Shown: positions 18,797 to 27,843 of the stretch, piece after piece
Layout: each line of letters begins with the position of its first letter
Position numbering within the stretch: the first letter of the stretch is position 1
IMG/VR virus record: IMGVR_UViG_3300025158_000002
Coordinates: 1 to 48,018 of that record
Length of the DNA: 48,018 nt
Reading direction: 5' to 3' (one strand)
Source of the DNA: a virus
Taxonomy: Duplodnaviria; Caudoviricetes
Program-made: the position numbers and the translations under genes
The notes under the pieces: model-generated
Seen by the model: the letters and a program-made list of their open reading frames with translations, nothing else
Told to the model about the DNA's origin: nothing
Databases searched by the model: none

Positions 18797-19314
18797 TGGA
18801 AAGAGTTGAAGCTACCATAAAAGAAACTAAAGAGGAGTATTGGATTAACAAATCCTGTACTCCTTCGGAGGTTTATTGCAGTATTAAGTATTATGACTCA
18901 GACTTTAAGTCTTGCGGAATATACGAAGAATGGGCTATAAATGTACCTTCTATAATACTTAGATATATGGAATCAAGATTCGTTCACTGCCTTCATTACG
19001 AGACAGAAATATATCACTTGTTTGTTTATGTTGACGCTATTAAAAAAGCAAAGAAGCATCCAGCTTATGATATATTCTGCGTAAGAGAGTCTGACTGCAT
19101 ACAAATAAGCAAGAGTAAAGATTCTCCTGATTACGACATATCAAGGCTTCGTGAATACAATATGAGATACAAAAACGTGTCCAAGATAAAAAATCTAACT
19201 TGCTCTTATGCAGGAGTCAATGAAGCTGAAAGGCTTCTTGTCAAGCACGCAAAAAAAGAAAAGATAGAAGCTAAAAAAGAACAAAAACAATACAAACAAG
19301 GAAGTTTATTCTAA
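18796..19314 (+). CDS. Hypothetical protein with C-terminal QGSLF
   Basis: 172 aa ORF with TAATG coupling. Confidence 0.7.
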   Translation: MERVEATIKETKEEYWINKSCTPSEVYCSIKYYDSDFKSCGIYEEWAINVPSIILRYMESRFVHCLHYETEIYHLFVYVDAIKKAKKHPAYDIFCVRESDCIQISKSKDSPDYDISRLREYNMRYKNVSKIKNLTCSYAGVNEAERLLVKHAKKEKIEAKKEQKQYKQGSLF

Positions 19315-19586
19315 TGGCAAGGAAATTTAACACAACTGGTAAAAAGATAAAAAAGTCTGCGTTTAACGTTAAAGGTATATTTGTAATATCTTGGCTACGC
19401 TTTGATGAAGAGCCATCAGGACTTTATTATAAAGAAGACGCAAGCGGAAATCAAATGTTTGCAGTCAGTTCTCAGGAGGCTAAAGAGTTTAAAACTGAAA
19501 GAGCAGCTTGGGATTTTGCGGAACATCTTATGGACAAGGAGTTAAATCCATTCCCATATTTTGATGTGGAGCAGATTGTAGTATGA
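19314..19586 (+). CDS. Hypothetical protein
   Basis: 90 aa; last gene of the rightward operon. Confidence 0.65.
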   Translation: MARKFNTTGKKIKKSAFNVKGIFVISWLRFDEEPSGLYYKEDASGNQMFAVSSQEAKEFKTERAAWDFAEHLMDKELNPFPYFDVEQIVV

Positions 19587-19592
19587 CGCAAG

Positions 19593-19625
19593 AAAAAAAA
19601 GGACACTTTTCATAGTGTCCTTTTT
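19593..19625. terminator. Bidirectional intrinsic terminator
   Basis: AAAAAAAA GGACACT tttcat AGTGTCC TTTTT between convergent operons. Confidence 0.8.
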
Positions 19626-19672
19626 ACAGTGATTTCAAAAATTAACCTAATAAACGTTCTTTATTTTGCGAT

Positions 19673-19763
19673 TAAGCGCTCAAATTTGCCCTAGAAACGA
19701 TTAACTATATTTTAATGATATAAGTATTGACTATCATTTTTTAAGCGCTTAAAATCAAAATTC
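19673..19763 (+). repeat. Dispersed ~85-bp intergenic element, copy C
   Basis: TAAGCGCTCAAATTTGCCCTAGAAACGATTAA...TTTTAAGCGCTTAAAATCAAAATTC. Confidence 0.8.
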
Positions 19764-19764
19764 A

Positions 19765-19989
19765 TTATTCTGCACTAATTACCTCGATAATGTAAGAAAC
19801 ACATTCTTCTTTAGATTCAAAGACTAATTCATCTCGAATCTTGTCGCCATTTCTCATTTTGATAGTAGTAAAATTCGTAGTCAAAGTATAGTCATCTCCG
19901 TAATAAATACCCCAAACAATGCCCTTTATAGGAGCATTGTTTTTGGAATACCACACTTCACGACCTAAGATAGAAAACGAAGCAATCAT
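19765..19989 (-). CDS. Hypothetical protein
   Basis: 74 aa; last gene of the late operon. Confidence 0.6.
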   Translation of the reverse strand: MIASFSILGREVWYSKNNAPIKGIVWGIYYGDDYTLTTNFTTIKMRNGDKIRDELVFESKEECVSYIIEVISAE

Positions 19990-19991
19990 AA

Positions 19992-20339
19992 TTATTTTTG
20001 GTCTAATTTCTCGTATATTTTACTAAAGTTTCGCTGCATTGAATCTTTAATTTCTTGCATAAATAAATTTATTGAAGTCATTGTAAGCTTGATGTTTTCA
20101 ACTTCTTTATTAAAAACGTTCTTCATGTTTTCAATATCTTTACTAAAAGATGTTTCTATAATGTGCTTGTTATGCTCAATAGTATACTTGTTGCTTTCAG
20201 AGTCTTTCTGAAGAACTTCTATTTTTAGTTTCACTTCTTCAAATTCTCTGTCTCTTAAAGTCATCTCCCTTTTGAGAAAGAACGATAGTACAAGTATAGC
20301 TACATAAGAAACAAAGCTATCTACTGGAACAAATTCCAT
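19992..20339 (-). CDS. Membrane-anchored coiled-coil protein (lysis-associated candidate)
   Basis: N-terminal TM helix followed by a heptad coiled coil. Confidence 0.5.
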   Translation of the reverse strand: MEFVPVDSFVSYVAILVLSFFLKREMTLRDREFEEVKLKIEVLQKDSESNKYTIEHNKHIIETSFSKDIENMKNVFNKEVENIKLTMTSINLFMQEIKDSMQRNFSKIYEKLDQK

Positions 20340-20629
20340 TACTTTACCTCTTCATCTAAATTGCCTTTTATTTGAGACTTTCCAGATATTGAGCCAATAG
20401 CTCCGACAAGAGTAGTAATCGCTCCGACAAGAGCAACAAGTGCATATATAGTCTGCTCTACTTGGCTAATAGCTTCAGGAAGGCTTGCTACAATAGCAAT
20501 CATAGAAGCTCCTACTCCAATTGACTTTGCGCTATTTTTTACAAGGTCTTTACCTTTTTCTGGAGTTTCGCCTTTGAACAAGCTTATCACAGTAGGAGCA
20601 ATAGACAAGATTCCTTTAAAGATATTCAT
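20339..20629 (-). CDS. Putative holin
   Basis: 96 aa, two hydrophobic helices, charged C-terminus; located at the end of the tail module. Confidence 0.5.
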   Translation of the reverse strand: MNIFKGILSIAPTVISLFKGETPEKGKDLVKNSAKSIGVGASMIAIVASLPEAISQVEQTIYALVALVGAITTLVGAIGSISGKSQIKGNLDEEVK

Positions 20630-20662
20630 ACATTTTGCCTTTTTTAGTTAATAGTAAAATCT

Positions 20663-20706
20663 TAATATATGTAAAACATACATTAAAAAATGTTTTACAT
20701 ATATTA
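20663..20706. repeat. Perfect 17-bp inverted repeat (10-nt loop)
   Basis: TAATATATGTAAAACAT / ATGTTTTACATATATTA. Confidence 0.85.
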
Positions 20707-20820
20707 TTTGCTGTCTTGCGGAAGATTGTCATTTTCAGAAGTTACTTCTGCTGTTCTTAATCTTCCAAACGCATCGAAGTGCATTGTATCTGAAAAATAT
20801 ATTTCTTTCTCGTGTGACAT
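20704..20820 (-). pseudogene. 38-aa mini-ORF with DAFGRLR motif, probable remnant of a tail-associated gene
   Basis: Manual translation MSHEKEIYFSDTMHFDAFGRLRTAEVTSENDNLPQDSK. Confidence 0.45.
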
Positions 20821-20841
20821 AGTTTATATCATTATTAATTG

Positions 20842-22521
20842 TTAAAACACTCTTAGGCTGTAATTGTCAATAGCTCCAACTCCGTCAGTAGTTCCTACGC
20901 CTCCATATCCAAGAAATCCTTTTCCAAACTTGTTGTCAAATATAAAAGATATTAAGCTTGAAGACATCGCATATTCTACTCTCGATATTATGTTGTTGTA
21001 GTCAGGATATACAGACAGTTCTTCATATGTGTTAGACTGAAGCTTTAGAGCATATCTCATTATCCTCATGCAAGAATATTTTCCTAATGAAACACTTGGG
21101 CTAAGAGGAAGCGAAAGTGCTTCATAAATAGAAGTTTCAGTAGTTTCTACTGGACTAGCTCCATATGAAAATGGCTTTATTCCTACAATCTTTGTAGCAA
21201 CAATATTTGCTCCAGACATAGAATATTCTATTGCCCATCCTATGTATTGAACATTCCCTTCTCCTATGTTTGCAGTAACTTCGATAGGAAACCCATTGTT
21301 ATCTACAAATGGAAAGAAGAAATAAAACCTTCCAGCTCCGCTAGAGCCTTGAGACAGTTTTGTATTAACTTCTATAAGAGACAAAGATGACGAGTCTATA
21401 ACTATTGGCTTATAGCCTAAAGGCTTTTCTATTTCTATCCACCCGATTCTCCTGCAGTTACCTCCTCCTACTTTTAGGTTTCCAGATGGATAAAACCCAA
21501 GAAATCCTGCTGCCGAAGTAGTAGAGATAACTCCAGCGCCATACAATGCTAAAGACTTCATTATTCCAGTAAAGGTTATTTTTGTGTCATCAAGGGCGCT
21601 CAAGTCACCTCCCTTAAGAAGGAATGAATCTCCGCTAACATAATAATTAACTCCGTCATAAACTATGGAAGCCGCTCTTAGTCCAGTTTTGAACGCAGAC
21701 CTTAATTGCCAAGAAGCTCCATTATTAGAAGAATATAAAACTTGATACGGATAAGCGGCTACCAATGCCACTATTTCTGAACCATTTGAGAACAACACTT
21801 GTATATTGTAAGAAGAAGTGTACGCTGTAGTCCAAGAAGCTCCGTTTGTTATGCTTTTATAAACCTCTCCTACTGACGTTGCGGCAAACCAACTTCCTGT
21901 TGAGCTTATAGTGCAGTCGTATATTGTTCCAGATACAGTGTATGCAGACCATGTTTCTCCGCTATCGGTTGAATAGAATTTACATCCTAAAACTATATTA
22001 GTTCCAGAAGCGTCAAATGCAGAGGTGAACGTGCCTGAAGCAGGCGGGCTTATATGTTGCCAAGTTTGACAATTATCTACAGATTTTAAAACCTCTACAC
22101 TTGAAGCTAAAGCTGTTACGCAATATGCAAGCGAGCTCGATATTATCTTTATTCTTGATAAGGAAGAAATGGTTGCAGCAGGAGAAATTTCAGCCAAATT
22201 CCATCCTTCTTCAATTGAATCTTTGTAATATATACTTCCAGGAATTACTGCTATTGCTATTCTTCCCCCAAATGATGAAACGCCTGGAACTTGATTTAAG
22301 TCTAATGGAAGAGTAAGTAGATTAAGGTCTGTCGTAGATCCAGACCTTGTTCCCCACCCTGCTCTTATCCCTGATGGAACAGAAGCCCATCCTGGCAAAG
22401 CTGCAAGTGAAGGGTTTAGCAATCCAGTAGATATTTCGTCTATGTACAAATCGTCTCCATATACTACTGGTCTTGCCGCTTGGTTATGATGAATGTCTAT
22501 AAAAATTCTTGAATTAGGCAT
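20842..22521 (-). CDS. Tail-tip/receptor-binding candidate with BNR/Asp-box beta-propeller
   Basis: Repeated Asp-box motifs SVDNCQTW, STDSGETW, SITNGASW, SSNNGASW. Confidence 0.7.
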   Translation of the reverse strand: MPNSRIFIDIHHNQAARPVVYGDDLYIDEISTGLLNPSLAALPGWASVPSGIRAGWGTRSGSTTDLNLLTLPLDLNQVPGVSSFGGRIAIAVIPGSIYYKDSIEEGWNLAEISPAATISSLSRIKIISSSLAYCVTALASSVEVLKSVDNCQTWQHISPPASGTFTSAFDASGTNIVLGCKFYSTDSGETWSAYTVSGTIYDCTISSTGSWFAATSVGEVYKSITNGASWTTAYTSSYNIQVLFSNGSEIVALVAAYPYQVLYSSNNGASWQLRSAFKTGLRAASIVYDGVNYYVSGDSFLLKGGDLSALDDTKITFTGIMKSLALYGAGVISTTSAAGFLGFYPSGNLKVGGGNCRRIGWIEIEKPLGYKPIVIDSSSLSLIEVNTKLSQGSSGAGRFYFFFPFVDNNGFPIEVTANIGEGNVQYIGWAIEYSMSGANIVATKIVGIKPFSYGASPVETTETSIYEALSLPLSPSVSLGKYSCMRIMRYALKLQSNTYEELSVYPDYNNIISRVEYAMSSSLISFIFDNKFGKGFLGYGGVGTTDGVGAIDNYSLRVF

Positions 22522-24667
22522 TTTTTATTTTGATTAAAAATTCTTCGTTATAGTCCGTAAATGCAACTGCACTCCAGTCTGGTTCTGTTTTTATTTTATT
22601 GTTAGAAAACTCTTCTAATAATGTAGTAAATGTTCCATCGTTAGGCTCTTCTGATTCTATAATCAAGTTCTTTCCGTATAAATAACTTGACAAGTCAAGT
22701 ATCCTTATATTATAAGAAGATCCGTATTTTAATATTGGTATTTTTATATAATCCAATCCTCCTGATGAAATAATAGAAGATGTAGATATGTCAAACCAAG
22801 ATATATTATCAAAGCTTCCTTGAACTTCAGAGTTATTAAGATTGTCAATTTCTGCATATATATAAGAAAAACTCTTCTTTGTATATACAGCCTCTATAAC
22901 ATTTCCAGAAGTGTCAGGAACTGAAGAAATTGGAACTATTGCGCTATCAGGCTCTCTATCTAAAACTTCAGTTTTTATATAGGATAAAAATGGAGCTTCT
23001 GCATATACCGTTACATGGTTCGTAGTCTTTGAAGATTCAGAATCAAGCATCCTTAGCCTAACATCTGTTAGATACGCTGGCATTTTTACCTTTGCATAGT
23101 AGATATTTGAATCAGTAGGGTCTACTATATTTTCAACTTCTTCAACTCCGTCATATAATATCCAAGAAGTTCCATTGTCAATAGAATAATAAACAACCGA
23201 AGACACCATAGGCTGCTTAGTAGCCTTCATATAAACATGAGTCTTGTATTCAAACGAAGAGCCTATTATATCTGACCTAGAGTCAAGCGTCTCCGATTCT
23301 GGAAGTATAGCAGATTGATATTCTCCTGATATTTCTAAATTATACAAGAAAACCATAAATGGGTAATTTATCTTAAACTTCACAGAAGTTGTATAGCTTC
23401 CAGTAAATTCGCCATCATCAAGCTTTACCCATACATACTCTCCTATATCAGAAGATGGATTTACTTGATACTTTAGATATGTAACTCCGCTTATTGTAAT
23501 AAACTCATGTGAGCCAGTAGAGGTAGCATATCCAGAATCTGCACTATTAGACCTTAGTACTTCTATATATATTGGAGGAGTCTTGAGTTCATTTAATTTA
23601 ATATATATATAATCTGCTATGTCCCATATACCAAGAATGTCATTAGCGGCAGCTTTACCAGATATTGGAAGTATTCTGTAATATTCTATATCTCCTGTTC
23701 CTTCGGCATTTAGAGTTTGAAGATATATTCTATATACAAAAAGAACCTTGATATTTAAAGTATTAGAAAGCTCTGGAACCTGCTGTAATCTTACTTGATA
23801 TTCAGTTCCTACAGATATAACCACTACAAGATATACTGGGTATCCATCTGCTGACAATCCTATGTAATCATAAGAAGCCGCAATTTGAACAGAAGCTAAA
23901 TAGTTAAATATATTAGATACAAAACTTCCTTCTGTCTGCTTAATATAAAAATACAAGCCAGACTCAAGATTTAGATATTCATTATTTACACCAGATAAAA
24001 CTCCAGTTATAATCTCGAGAGTTCCGTCATTTATTGCTAAATCCTTGATTGTTAAATCTTGAAATGGATCTCCAGTCCAGAAAGCAATGCCAGGAACTTC
24101 GACAACTGGCTCAAACCACAAGATGCTTTCTATCTCAGCTGGGGTGAAGTTTTTTATAGAAACAAATGCTAATGTAACTTCTGCATCTGGAAATGGATTT
24201 GCATCTCGCACATTATAGTATTTTTTATCAGCAGCAGATATATTAGGCACTCCAAAAAACCTAGACTTTGTCTTGTATGTAACAGGTCTGCTTGCGAGCC
24301 ATTTTTTAACAATCTCGTCATTCTCAAGTATAAAATCATATTGCATTGGATATGCAAAAGGAGTCGGAAACTTGATTGTAATCTTTTCGGCAGTAAGAAG
24401 TTTGTTTAATTCTATCCAATGAGAAGCGTAATCGAAAAACAATCTTATCTCATACTCGCAGTAGCCTTTTTTGTTTTGCCCCTTGCCATTACGAAAAATA
24501 CTCTTCTGTATTTCTTTTATAGAAAACGAAAAACCCTGCCCACCATTTGGATATTGGAGAGTCAAGGTTTCTGGAGATGCGCTTCCTGGCTGATAGACAA
24601 GTATATCCAACTCGTCAGGGAACGAGTAGACTGAATCAAGTTCTATTTCTGAATTGAAGTCTGCCAT
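22514..24667 (-). CDS. Tail protein, beta-rich
   Basis: 717 aa in the tail module; YSIDNGTSW and GSFDNISW motifs. Confidence 0.6.
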   Translation of the reverse strand: MADFNSEIELDSVYSFPDELDILVYQPGSASPETLTLQYPNGGQGFSFSIKEIQKSIFRNGKGQNKKGYCEYEIRLFFDYASHWIELNKLLTAEKITIKFPTPFAYPMQYDFILENDEIVKKWLASRPVTYKTKSRFFGVPNISAADKKYYNVRDANPFPDAEVTLAFVSIKNFTPAEIESILWFEPVVEVPGIAFWTGDPFQDLTIKDLAINDGTLEIITGVLSGVNNEYLNLESGLYFYIKQTEGSFVSNIFNYLASVQIAASYDYIGLSADGYPVYLVVVISVGTEYQVRLQQVPELSNTLNIKVLFVYRIYLQTLNAEGTGDIEYYRILPISGKAAANDILGIWDIADYIYIKLNELKTPPIYIEVLRSNSADSGYATSTGSHEFITISGVTYLKYQVNPSSDIGEYVWVKLDDGEFTGSYTTSVKFKINYPFMVFLYNLEISGEYQSAILPESETLDSRSDIIGSSFEYKTHVYMKATKQPMVSSVVYYSIDNGTSWILYDGVEEVENIVDPTDSNIYYAKVKMPAYLTDVRLRMLDSESSKTTNHVTVYAEAPFLSYIKTEVLDREPDSAIVPISSVPDTSGNVIEAVYTKKSFSYIYAEIDNLNNSEVQGSFDNISWFDISTSSIISSGGLDYIKIPILKYGSSYNIRILDLSSYLYGKNLIIESEEPNDGTFTTLLEEFSNNKIKTEPDWSAVAFTDYNEEFLIKIKNA

Positions 24668-24673
24668 TATTTA

Positions 24674-25354
24674 TTATAAAGTTACAGTTCTGTAAACTAC
24701 ATGAATATCTACTGTACATCTATCATCTGGAAGATAGTTGTTTGGAATCTCGTGTATTTCCAATATATAATCTTCAGCAGGAGTAACTGCATCCCAATCA
24801 TAATTAGTCTGATACCAAACATCTTCTACTCCAGTAGACGATAATGTCTTAGTTCTTGCTGCAATGCTATACATTTTTGCAACTCCAACTCCTCCTACTC
24901 CTCCGTCATATCCAAGTTCCATATAGGCTTGCCCGACTGGGAATGTTATTTTAATTGGATTCGTAGCATTTCCTATAACAGGACTGCCAGTTGGCACTCC
25001 ATATATATTTGTATATGTTTTCCTTAAAGACAAGTGAACATCTGCAAGAGTGTTTGCCGTACTTCTTTTCTTCTTTTCTATTATTGTTATGCTTTCTACG
25101 AAGCAAAAAGAACCTTCTGGGATAGAAAACAAAGGTATGCTTGCTGGAACCCCATCCTTTATCTCGAGTCCAGGAAGTATAAATCTGCTATATATTCCAT
25201 CAGAAACAGAAGACGCAACTGGAGGAGTATCTTCTATAACCTTCTGAGTTATTTGTAATATTGTGGCTTTTACAGTAGAGCTGCCCTGCTTTAGCAAAAG
25301 TATGTCTGCATTGTTCAATGTTACTGCTTCTGTATAGTCTCCAAATTTTGGCAT
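24674..25354 (-). CDS. Tail fibre/appendage-associated protein
   Basis: The N-terminus MPKFGDYTEAVTLNNADILLLKQGSSTVKATI resembles tail-fibre attachment N-termini; AGGAG SD. Confidence 0.55.
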   Translation of the reverse strand: MPKFGDYTEAVTLNNADILLLKQGSSTVKATILQITQKVIEDTPPVASSVSDGIYSRFILPGLEIKDGVPASIPLFSIPEGSFCFVESITIIEKKKRSTANTLADVHLSLRKTYTNIYGVPTGSPVIGNATNPIKITFPVGQAYMELGYDGGVGGVGVAKMYSIAARTKTLSSTGVEDVWYQTNYDWDAVTPAEDYILEIHEIPNNYLPDDRCTVDIHVVYRTVTL

Positions 25355-25364
25355 ATAAAAACTC

Positions 25365-27842
25365 CTATGCGGTTTCGTCTAAAATGTTAAATCCATCTTC
25401 ATCAAGGACTTCTAATGAAAGAGTATCTCGTATAAATCCAAAACTGCCTTCAAAAGTTCCTATTAGTAATAATTCTAAATTTACACTATTTGAAATAGAA
25501 ATCAAATCAGAAATACTGTAATTAATGCGCTTAACTAAGTAAGCCTTATAAATACTCAAAGAAACATTTACAAGGGCATACGCGCCAATTCTGAGCCCAA
25601 AGTCAACGCTTGAAAATTCATCCTCAATGTTATTATTAAATTCATCATTTATAATAATATTGTCTTCATCTTTAATAAAAGACTCATTAACAAATGCAAG
25701 ATTCGGGTCTAAGCCTATTGAAAATAACCTTGAAGGATATACAAAAGACCTTGCGTATTTTGTAGCCATCTCTATTGGGGTTAAAGGGAACATATTAGGA
25801 AGAGGAAAGTCTATACTGCCATCTTCTACCGAAGGTCTTATAGTTCTTCTTTTCGTCTCGTCAGAAAAAGATTCATTTGAAGATGGAACTCCCAAGTCGG
25901 AGCTTCTGTATGATTGAACCTCCAGAGAAAGAGGAGATACAAACTTCTTTTTTGCAATGCCATTCTTGTCGACTATTTTCTTTTCTGTGGCGTCTGATAG
26001 AAGATTGTTTATTTCTAATATGTCTCCATATTCTATTTCATAAGATGCGCTTCCGTATCCAAACTTGGTTCCAGTTGTATATGAAAAATCTTCGTCAGAT
26101 ATAAATGCACCTCCAGGAGGCAATATATTATCAGGCAAATAGTTTTCATGCAGATTCCTAGAGTGAAAAACAATCTTTCCTTCTTCGTTAGAATAAACGT
26201 ATGCAGATATCTGAAATGCCGCCTTCTGAATAGCTGAAGGTATAGTGCAGTCTTCCCATCCGTACATCTTTAAATCTGCAAGATAGCAATATTGATTATT
26301 CTTGTCCATAAGAAGAGACGTGTCAAAAATAGTATATGAAGAATCTTTGTAATACATAAATCTCGGAAGTACATAATCGTTTAAATTCTTCAGGAGGGTT
26401 TGCGGAACATTAAAGAAGCCTCGTTCTGTGCATCTTATAGAGTTCATTGCAGAGTTATATCTGTATATTAAACTTCCATCTGAGTTGATTGTTTTCAAAG
26501 CGCCTTCTTCAGTAGGCTTGTCGCAAAGAATATATCTTGAGCCATGAATCCATACAGACTTTGTTATTGCAGGATTTTCTTTAAGATTTATTACTTTTTC
26601 TCCGTATTCAGAATAGAAGATTCCGTCTGATATAATATCAAGTTCATCATCTTTTCTTCTGAAGTCGTGAATCTTTATTTCAACAGAATCTCCTTTTGCA
26701 TAATCTATCAACGCCAAGTCTGTCTCTTCTTTTTGAAAAGCGCCCCTTGTGTATACGCTTCCAGTTTTTCCATCAAATGACGAGTTTAGAGGAGGATTAT
26801 TTGAATGAAGAATCTTTATTCTCAAGTCAGCATCTAGTACAGAAGATACAAATCCTTCGTCAGACTTGTAGTTTTTCATTATAAGTCTTACATATACATT
26901 AAGAGAAAACCTCGTAAGTATAGTAGAATTTCCTACCTGAACAAACCCAGTATAGTACTTGGCAGGATGCAAGTATCTGTACTCTTGGTCTTTTCCTGGA
27001 TCGAGACCAAGAAAACCAGAAGATCCAAAAGAAACAAATGAGATGTGAGCCTTGTAATCTTTTTTAGAATCTCCAACTCCAAAATGCTTAAGCGTTTCAT
27101 CTTCATTAAAATCGATAAAAGAATACAGACCAGTAGGAAAGGCTGCACGAACATCAATGTTCTTCAGCCCTATTAACTTCTTTTTAGCAAAGTCTTTAAA
27201 GCTATATCCGTTTAAAGTAGACAAAGTTTTTAAAACATTTATCTTGCCGTTAAAATCAAAGTAATCATAATTGTTATTTATAAGTCCATTAGTCCATCTC
27301 TCCATTGTTATATTAGAATCAGTAGGATTCCATGTAGCATACTGACCTCTTATTCGACAAGAACCAAACTCAAAAGTCTTTAGCATTTTTGCTGAAGAGT
27401 TTTTTAGTAATCTCATAAAGTCTGTGCAGCTTATTGTAACTTCAAACTCTCGTATGCTATACTCAAAACTCTCCATTAATCCTATAAATATAATTTTATT
27501 CCCAAGATTAGGAATAGTAACTCTTATAAACAAGTCTCCAAGAGAATCGGAAGAGCCTCCGTATTCAGAAGTTCTTCCTAAGCTTGCTAAATATTCATAA
27601 GGAAACAATTCTGCTCCAGTAGATGGAAGCCTGTTCTTCATAGTAAAGCTGAATGATGGCGAAGTAGGGAATCCTGGCTCTCCCTCGTCTATTGCATATT
27701 CTGCAGCTCCGATGTTTTCAATATCTATATACTGGTTATCGAATACTCCAGATATTAAATCTCCGTTTTTTGAGCCTCCTGAGTAGGTTGTTTGTGGGAA
27801 GTCTAAATAGCCACTCCACTCTATTTTTACATAATCTGCCAT
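25365..27842 (-). CDS. Tail tip/baseplate hub-like protein
   Basis: 825 aa directly after the tape measure; IFIGLM...VTISCTDFMRLL and YVYSNEEGKIVF are hub-type motifs. Confidence 0.6.
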   Translation of the reverse strand: MADYVKIEWSGYLDFPQTTYSGGSKNGDLISGVFDNQYIDIENIGAAEYAIDEGEPGFPTSPSFSFTMKNRLPSTGAELFPYEYLASLGRTSEYGGSSDSLGDLFIRVTIPNLGNKIIFIGLMESFEYSIREFEVTISCTDFMRLLKNSSAKMLKTFEFGSCRIRGQYATWNPTDSNITMERWTNGLINNNYDYFDFNGKINVLKTLSTLNGYSFKDFAKKKLIGLKNIDVRAAFPTGLYSFIDFNEDETLKHFGVGDSKKDYKAHISFVSFGSSGFLGLDPGKDQEYRYLHPAKYYTGFVQVGNSTILTRFSLNVYVRLIMKNYKSDEGFVSSVLDADLRIKILHSNNPPLNSSFDGKTGSVYTRGAFQKEETDLALIDYAKGDSVEIKIHDFRRKDDELDIISDGIFYSEYGEKVINLKENPAITKSVWIHGSRYILCDKPTEEGALKTINSDGSLIYRYNSAMNSIRCTERGFFNVPQTLLKNLNDYVLPRFMYYKDSSYTIFDTSLLMDKNNQYCYLADLKMYGWEDCTIPSAIQKAAFQISAYVYSNEEGKIVFHSRNLHENYLPDNILPPGGAFISDEDFSYTTGTKFGYGSASYEIEYGDILEINNLLSDATEKKIVDKNGIAKKKFVSPLSLEVQSYRSSDLGVPSSNESFSDETKRRTIRPSVEDGSIDFPLPNMFPLTPIEMATKYARSFVYPSRLFSIGLDPNLAFVNESFIKDEDNIIINDEFNNNIEDEFSSVDFGLRIGAYALVNVSLSIYKAYLVKRINYSISDLISISNSVNLELLLIGTFEGSFGFIRDTLSLEVLDEDGFNILDETA

Positions 27843-27843
27843 G

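Noticed and set aside
20842-27842. Diversity-generating retroelement or invertible tail-fibre cassette
   Set aside because: I saw no reverse transcriptase, TR/VR pair or invertase.
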